Assembly: GCA_963702895.1 (NCBI GenBank)
Contig: OY969767.1
Location: 2,496,001-2,560,000, forward strand
Direction: 5' to 3'
DNA from: an uncultured Elusimicrobia bacterium
Lineage (GTDB): Bacteria > Elusimicrobiota > Elusimicrobia > 2-01-FULL-59-12
DNA length: 64,000 bases
Shown here: positions 58,782-64,000 of the stretch, one piece after another
Position numbering within the stretch: the stretch's first letter is position 1
Layout of the letters: the number at the start of each line of letters is the position of its first letter
Program-made: the position numbers and the translations under genes
The notes under the pieces: generated by a model
Databases searched by the model: none
Told to the model about the DNA's origin: nothing
Seen by the model: only the letters and a program-made list of their open reading frames with translations

Positions 58782-59429
58782 TCAGCCGTCCGCAGGTGCC
58801 GCGTGGTGGTAAATGAGGTCGGAAAGAACGGAAATCTGATAATCCAGGGCCTGAACACAGGCATAGACCAGTTCATCGGATTTGGAGGCGCGCTCTTGCA
58901 GCTGTGCGACGGTCGCCTGGAACTCCCTGAGTTGGCCCTCGAGGGTTTTAATCGTTTCGGGGGAAGGTTGAATCGCCCTTTCAGCCTCATTTTTCTCAAG
59001 CTGCGTGAGCTTTGTCTCAAGTTCTTGAACTTTGGATTCGAGTTCCTTGCGCTGCAAGGGCCAAGCGGACTGGGCCTCGGGGCCCCATTCCAGTTTGTCG
59101 CGCTGCCACGTATCATCGAGCTCGGTGAGCGCCCGTGCGGCGTTTTGCTCGGCCTGGGCCAGACGCGTCTCAAACTCAGACTTCATCTCAGCCAGGCGCT
59201 CCTCGTACGTCTTGCACTGGCGGGCCCATAATTCATCCTGTTCTTGCGCGGCCAGCTCTTTTCGCCCGATCAGGGAGTCAAACGTTTCCTTTTCGTTCGC
59301 CAAGGTGGCGTTCCACACCTGCGTCGCCTGCGAAAGCTCTTGCGCGAGTTTGTCTACGCGGGCTTGAACATCTTCAAGATTTTCGAGAATTTCTTTGGGG
59401 ACCGCGGTGGAGGAGGGCTCGGTGATCAT
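58782..59429 (-). CDS. Hypothetical coiled-coil protein
   Basis: E/Q/L-rich heptads. Confidence 0.65.
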   Translation of the reverse strand: MITEPSSTAVPKEILENLEDVQARVDKLAQELSQATQVWNATLANEKETFDSLIGRKELAAQEQDELWARQCKTYEERLAEMKSEFETRLAQAEQNAARALTELDDTWQRDKLEWGPEAQSAWPLQRKELESKVQELETKLTQLEKNEAERAIQPSPETIKTLEGQLREFQATVAQLQERASKSDELVYACVQALDYQISVLSDLIYHHAAPADG

Positions 59430-59468
59430 CGTGGCCAGCTAAGAGAATAATCTAATTTGGCAAAGCTG

Positions 59469-60653
59469 TCAAACCCCTTCATCCCAACGAGCGGGGATGG
59501 GCTGCCCTTGGGGAACGGCGGACGGCGTGGTCCATTCGATAATGGGGATCGAAAATTGCCACGCGGCCTGCAAATGAATGGCCGATTTCACGAACTGGGA
59601 GACCCCCTGGTTGTTCTCCCCGGCCAGGCCCGCCGTATAGCGTAAAAACAGGTTGAAATCTCTACCTAAAAGGATATCCCAGCGTCCCGTCAAGAGGTTG
59701 AGTTTTGGCAAGGTGAACCAGGGGTCTGAACCCTCATGAGAATAGGAAGAACTACTCCAATACTCGTAGCTGAATTTAAACCGCCTGATCCTCGTATAAA
59801 CTTCATAGAGGCGGGCGCACCCTTGGACATCGAGCGCCAGAGGAGAGTCCTCCAGCGAAGAGTCCTGGATTCGGCGCGAGCTGAGGTAGGACCACTTGGC
59901 GCCCACGATCCAAGACCTGTGCGGCTGAAATTGCATGCCGAGCCCGGCCAACTGGGCGGCATCGTTGATCGTGGCGATCGGGTGGGGATAAAGGGTCCCC
60001 CCTTCGTGGATCCAATGCGCCTGGTAATGAAAGCGCAAGAACTTCCAGGCGTTGCGATGGACAAAACCAATATCAAATTTTTCTGCGTGTTCGGGCGTAT
60101 TTTGAAGCCGATAATTAAAGAAGATATCGTCGTACCAGTTTTCCGTTTTCACCAGGACCTGGGCGCCGGTTTCCACGGGGCTCTCACGCACATAATTCAA
60201 CGACATGAACAAAGAGGGGTGATAATAGTGAGGCGTATTCAGGTTGCCGAGGAGGACGCTTACGGGCTTCACGGGCTGCCAAAGGAGTTGAATCCAGGGG
60301 TCGACCGACCCAAAGCCTTCTTCGTCACCATACCCTCTGAGGGCGACGAGGCCAATCTGGGTCCGGAACCGCTCGTTCCAGAGCACGGTCAGGGTGGGTC
60401 TTAAGGTGTCGGCAAGCCAAGTCCCGTCAATATAGCCGGGGGTGTCGTTGGTTTCGAAATTGTAGAAGTCGGTGATGTTGTAGAGGTCGAGAAAGAGGCG
60501 GTGATGCGGTCCGGGAGGCGTAAAATAGGCGGCGCTGGAAGCCGCCAGATCATAGTCCCGCCTCTCAAACTCATCCAGCTCGACAGCCTGCAAGTGATTC
60601 GTGCACAGGAAAGCCAGGGCGAACGCCAAGCTTCCGTGCGTGATGCGCATCAT
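59469..60653 (-). CDS. Hypothetical secreted, probably beta-barrel, protein
   Basis: Signal peptide; aromatic-rich alternating strands. Confidence 0.6.
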   Translation of the reverse strand: MMRITHGSLAFALAFLCTNHLQAVELDEFERRDYDLAASSAAYFTPPGPHHRLFLDLYNITDFYNFETNDTPGYIDGTWLADTLRPTLTVLWNERFRTQIGLVALRGYGDEEGFGSVDPWIQLLWQPVKPVSVLLGNLNTPHYYHPSLFMSLNYVRESPVETGAQVLVKTENWYDDIFFNYRLQNTPEHAEKFDIGFVHRNAWKFLRFHYQAHWIHEGGTLYPHPIATINDAAQLAGLGMQFQPHRSWIVGAKWSYLSSRRIQDSSLEDSPLALDVQGCARLYEVYTRIRRFKFSYEYWSSSSYSHEGSDPWFTLPKLNLLTGRWDILLGRDFNLFLRYTAGLAGENNQGVSQFVKSAIHLQAAWQFSIPIIEWTTPSAVPQGQPIPARWDEGV

Positions 60654-60672
60654 CACGGATCGGCAGGTATCG

Positions 60673-60873
60673 CTACTTGGCTTCGATCGTGCTCTGAAAA
60701 CCTGCTTTGGAGTGGGCCCCATCACAAGAGGGCTTTTTGGCCGAATGCCCACAACGGCAAAGCGCGACTTGCGAAGAGGATTGTAGAGTTTTTCCGTTGC
60801 TATCGAGAACGTCGATCGGGCCTTTGACTAACAGGGGCCCGTTCTTTAAGACTTGGATCTTGACTTCGGCCAT
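60673..60873 (-). CDS. CDGSH iron-sulfur domain protein
   Basis: NGPLLV...LCRCGHSAKKPSCDGAH; AGGAGG RBS. Confidence 0.9.
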   Translation of the reverse strand: MAEVKIQVLKNGPLLVKGPIDVLDSNGKTLQSSSQVALCRCGHSAKKPSCDGAHSKAGFQSTIEAK

Positions 60874-61657
60874 GGATAACCTCCTTATCGATATACCACC
60901 TGAGTTCCCCTTGCGCCGGTTGAACGAGACTGGCAGGCGCCTGAGGGTTGAGACCTTTTTGCACTTCTGAAAACGCTTCGGATTTTTTGGCACCCGTGAC
61001 CAAAAACCAGATGTGGCTGGCGGAGTTGAACACGGGATAGGTGAGCGTGAGGCGCACGGTCTGCAGCGAACGCACCACATTATGCACCACCCAGCGAGGC
61101 TGGGGGATGCTGTCCGAGTCCGCGTCTTGGGCTCGACGCTTTTCCGTCGACTCTTCCAAGTGCTGGCTGACCGCGGGCGTGCCTGGCATGAGCGAGGCCG
61201 TATGCCCATCCGGCCCCATGCCCAGAAAAACTAAATCAAATTGAGGCCAGACTTTCGCATCCCGAAAGAAGGACCGCATCTGGTTCTCATAATCCCGAGC
61301 GGCCTGAGGTGGCGGATCTTCGCCATGCATACGGATCACATGGGAAGGCGGTATGGGCACATGCTGAAGCAGGGCCTCCGCCGCCATACGGAAATTGGAG
61401 TCTTGGTGTTCCTTGGGGACACAGCGTTCATCCCCCCAAAAGAACCACAGCTTGGCCCAAGGGATAGCGGATTGATAGGGCTCCTTGGCCAGACGCGCGT
61501 AAAACTGCTTGGGCGTTTGTCCGCCGGCCAGCGCAATCGCGATACGCTGTCGATCCGCCAGGGTCCGCGTGATGAACTCGGAAAAATCGGTCGCGACGCG
61601 CTCCGCCAGCGCTTCCGGTGTGTCCGAGAGGATGATGTTGGGTTGGTTCATGCTCAA
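60800..61657 (-). CDS. pgl: 6-phosphogluconolactonase
   Basis: LAGGQTP, WGDERCVP, LGMGPDGHTASL. Confidence 0.92.
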   Translation of the reverse strand: MSMNQPNIILSDTPEALAERVATDFSEFITRTLADRQRIAIALAGGQTPKQFYARLAKEPYQSAIPWAKLWFFWGDERCVPKEHQDSNFRMAAEALLQHVPIPPSHVIRMHGEDPPPQAARDYENQMRSFFRDAKVWPQFDLVFLGMGPDGHTASLMPGTPAVSQHLEESTEKRRAQDADSDSIPQPRWVVHNVVRSLQTVRLTLTYPVFNSASHIWFLVTGAKKSEAFSEVQKGLNPQAPASLVQPAQGELRWYIDKEVIHGRSQDPSLKERAPVSQRPDRRSR

Positions 61658-61669
61658 GAAGGCACCGTC

Positions 61670-62782
61670 TTACCTTGACACGACCTTTAAGGCTTCGCGT
61701 TTTTGCTCAAGACTTTTCATGAGATCATCGTAGGCGTCCGTAAAGAGCTTAAGGCCTTCCACCTCTAGCTGTTGCGTGACCGATTCCATGGAGATCCCCC
61801 TCTGGCCCAGGTCATTCAACAAGCGGTCCGCTGCCGCGGCATCCCCCGGGAGGGCAAGCCGACATTGAGCGTGGTCCCGTGCGGCCTCAACCGTCGCCAG
61901 CGGCAGGGTGTTGACGGTATCGGCGCCAATGAGTTCTTCCACATAAAGAACATCCCGGTACTTGGGGTTTTTCGTGCTGGTGGAGGCCCAGAGGGGCCGC
62001 TGGACGCGGGCCCCCTTGGAGGCAAGGGCCTGGAAACGTGGGCTGTTCTTCACCTTCAAAAACATCGCATAAGCCAGACGGGCGTTCGCAATGGCGGCTT
62101 TGCCCAGGAGCGTCTCGTAGCCTGCCGGTTTCAGCTGTTCCAGAAGACCGTCCACGGCGCTATCGACACGACTCACGAAGAAACTGGCGACGGAGGCGAC
62201 GGAGGAAAGCGGCTGGCCTGATTGGCCCAGGCGCTCAAGGCCTGCGAGCCAAGCGTTCAGGACTTCCTCATAGCGCTTGAGCGCGAAGATCAACGTCACA
62301 TTGACAGGCACGCCTTCTCCGAGGAGTTGCTCGACAGCAGGCAGGCCTTCGCGCGTCGCGGGGACTTTGATCATGACGTTCGGGCGCGAGACCGCTTGGA
62401 AAAGACGCCGCGCCTCTTCCAGAGTGCCACGGGTATCGCGCGCCAAGTGAGGATTGACTTCGAGCGAAACGTAACCATCAACCCCGCCTGTCTGATCGAA
62501 GATGCCACGAAAGATATCGCAGGCTTTCTGGATATCCTCAATGGCGAGTGCTTCAAAGATTTGGCTGGAGCTTTGGCCTTTTCGAATCAGGGAAGAGATC
62601 GCTTCATCGTATTCCTGGCCCCCCGTGATCGCCTTTTGGAAGATCGTGGGGTTGGAGGTGACGCCCGTTAAACCATCCTGAGCGAGGAGCTGGGAAAGCT
62701 TACCCTCCGACATAAATTTCCGGGTAATAAAATCGAGCCAGAGGCTCTGGCCGGCCTGGTGGATTTGGAGGAGCGCATTCAT
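61670..62782 (-). CDS. tal: Transaldolase
   Basis: SLWLD, GVTSNPTIF, MIKVPAT, SFFVSRVD, LWASTSTK. Confidence 0.95.
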   Translation of the reverse strand: MNALLQIHQAGQSLWLDFITRKFMSEGKLSQLLAQDGLTGVTSNPTIFQKAITGGQEYDEAISSLIRKGQSSSQIFEALAIEDIQKACDIFRGIFDQTGGVDGYVSLEVNPHLARDTRGTLEEARRLFQAVSRPNVMIKVPATREGLPAVEQLLGEGVPVNVTLIFALKRYEEVLNAWLAGLERLGQSGQPLSSVASVASFFVSRVDSAVDGLLEQLKPAGYETLLGKAAIANARLAYAMFLKVKNSPRFQALASKGARVQRPLWASTSTKNPKYRDVLYVEELIGADTVNTLPLATVEAARDHAQCRLALPGDAAAADRLLNDLGQRGISMESVTQQLEVEGLKLFTDAYDDLMKSLEQKREALKVVSR

Positions 62783-63658
62783 TTACGGTCTCTCTTTCCG
62801 ATAGATGCGAATTTTCTGATCAACGCGAGGGACAATCGCGAGGAAATAGGGATGGCTCATGGGGGTCGTGCTGATTTGCGTCGTAGTGGCCGGCGCGGGG
62901 ACGGGCGGCGCCAGGATACGGTAAGGCGCTGACATGGCTCCCTCCATTTCTTCGATCACGCCAAGGTCGATCGACGCGCCCGGGGGGCTGGCGCCGGCGA
63001 AAATACCCAGAAGGAGTTTTGTGTTAAAGTCGATCGCGGGCCGTGGCCCTTGGAGGCCCATCTCTCCCCAAAGTTGTTCCCAGGCGTCCAAGCGCCTGAC
63101 GACCACCACGCGCGGTTCCTGTATGCCGCTGTCTGTGCCCTTGAGCGATTGGAGGACCGGCAACGTGAGCGGCGGTTTTGGCGGTTCGGGAGGCTTTACG
63201 GCTGGCACAGCTTTAGCCGTCGAAGAAGCTTCGGATTTCGGTGCTGTTGGTTCGGGAGGAACCGGTTCAGATTTCTCTAAGACGGGCTCGGATGGCTGTT
63301 GTTTTAATGACAAGTCCGAGGGAGCAGACTTCCTGTGCGTCTGCGCGCGCCGCGCGTAGCCCCAATACGCCAAACCGACTAAGGCAACGAGAAATACAAC
63401 AAGCTTCCATCTTCCTGAAGTGGCTGGGCTATTCATAAAAGATTTGCCTTGTCGCGCCAGAAAAAGGTTGGGTATTCGTTCCGGCGAGGCTTTCTTGAGC
63501 GCCTCACGATTGCTGCGCGCTTGCTTGGCGCGCGCCTTATTGAGCGCGGCCTGGCATTTCTCGCAGGCCACCGCATGGGCCTCAATCTGCCGACTGCGGC
63601 TCTCTGTAAGTCCTCCGGCCAGATAGACCGTAATCTCGGATTTAATGTGATCGTTCAC
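62783..63658 (-). CDS. zf-HC2 anti-sigma-like membrane protein with a Pro-rich linker and periplasmic domain
   Basis: HAVACEKC (H-x3-C-x2-C), one TM segment; the GTG start lies in the IS end. Confidence 0.7.
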   Translation of the reverse strand: MNDHIKSEITVYLAGGLTESRSRQIEAHAVACEKCQAALNKARAKQARSNREALKKASPERIPNLFLARQGKSFMNSPATSGRWKLVVFLVALVGLAYWGYARRAQTHRKSAPSDLSLKQQPSEPVLEKSEPVPPEPTAPKSEASSTAKAVPAVKPPEPPKPPLTLPVLQSLKGTDSGIQEPRVVVVRRLDAWEQLWGEMGLQGPRPAIDFNTKLLLGIFAGASPPGASIDLGVIEEMEGAMSAPYRILAPPVPAPATTTQISTTPMSHPYFLAIVPRVDQKIRIYRKERP

Positions 63659-64000
63659 TGGTGTCCGGTAAAAGTTAGCCGAAGCTTAGCCATAGCTGAG
63701 GCTCCATAGTTCGAACTTTTGAAAGATTCTTTTCGGGCATACGCAATAGATCGATGAGACTGAGCCGGTCGAGAAGGGTATTCTGAACCAACCGGTGCAG
63801 CAAGAACAGCGAACGCTGGAATCGTGTCTGGAACTTGATGTAGGCCAGGAGCAGGAAATAGCACAAGGCCACCCAGATTTGGGTAAAGACGGCATTTTTG
63901 GAAGTGCCGAGGAACGTTTTGATTTTGAGATGCTGCTTGAGCCACTTGAAGAACAGCTCGATCTGCCAACGGGCCTTATAGATTTGGGCAATGGTGAAAG
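63656..64000 (-). mobile_element. IS4-family element, partial, inverted copy of the left-end IS
   Basis: Reverse complement of about 198-542. Confidence 0.9.

Noticed and set aside
1..64000. Whole window as an IS4 composite transposon
   Set aside because: Outer ends and target duplications are not visible and the content includes housekeeping genes; assembly breaks at a repeated IS are the simpler explanation.

Overview
A GC-rich diderm bacterial chromosomal segment, bounded at both ends by identical, inward-facing partial IS4-family copies (probably contig breaks). The left arm holds nnrE, an RND permease plus TolC, small membrane proteins, an IS256 nested in the terminal repeat of a second IS, secreted orphans, a histidine kinase, a methyltransferase and yaeQ. 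The centre (about 17.4-43.5 kb) is a tRNA-Ser(UGA) integration hotspot. A 16.4-kb tyrosine-integrase element (int, xis, primase-ATPase, SNF2 helicase/DUF1156 methylase/DUF499 ATPase) splits a tRNA-Ser at the anticodon loop without restoring it and carries its own intact tRNA-Ser(UGA). On its right are eight 5'-side tRNA-Ser relics interleaved with 1-2-gene cargo units (two MNT-HepT pairs, VapBC and others); on its left are three 3'-side relics. Most relics are interrupted by 20-30-nt GC-rich hairpins. This nested, integron-like array punctuated by tRNAs is the main candidate novel system, and it may include integration-dependent antisense control of the integrase. The right arm encodes a porin-multiheme cytochrome module, an 8-kb glycosylation islet bracketed by a duplicated nrfA 3' end, nrfHA (CXXCH-type NrfA), CDGSH, pgl, tal and an anti-sigma-like gene abutting the IS4. 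All family calls are from motif recognition only; no searches were run.
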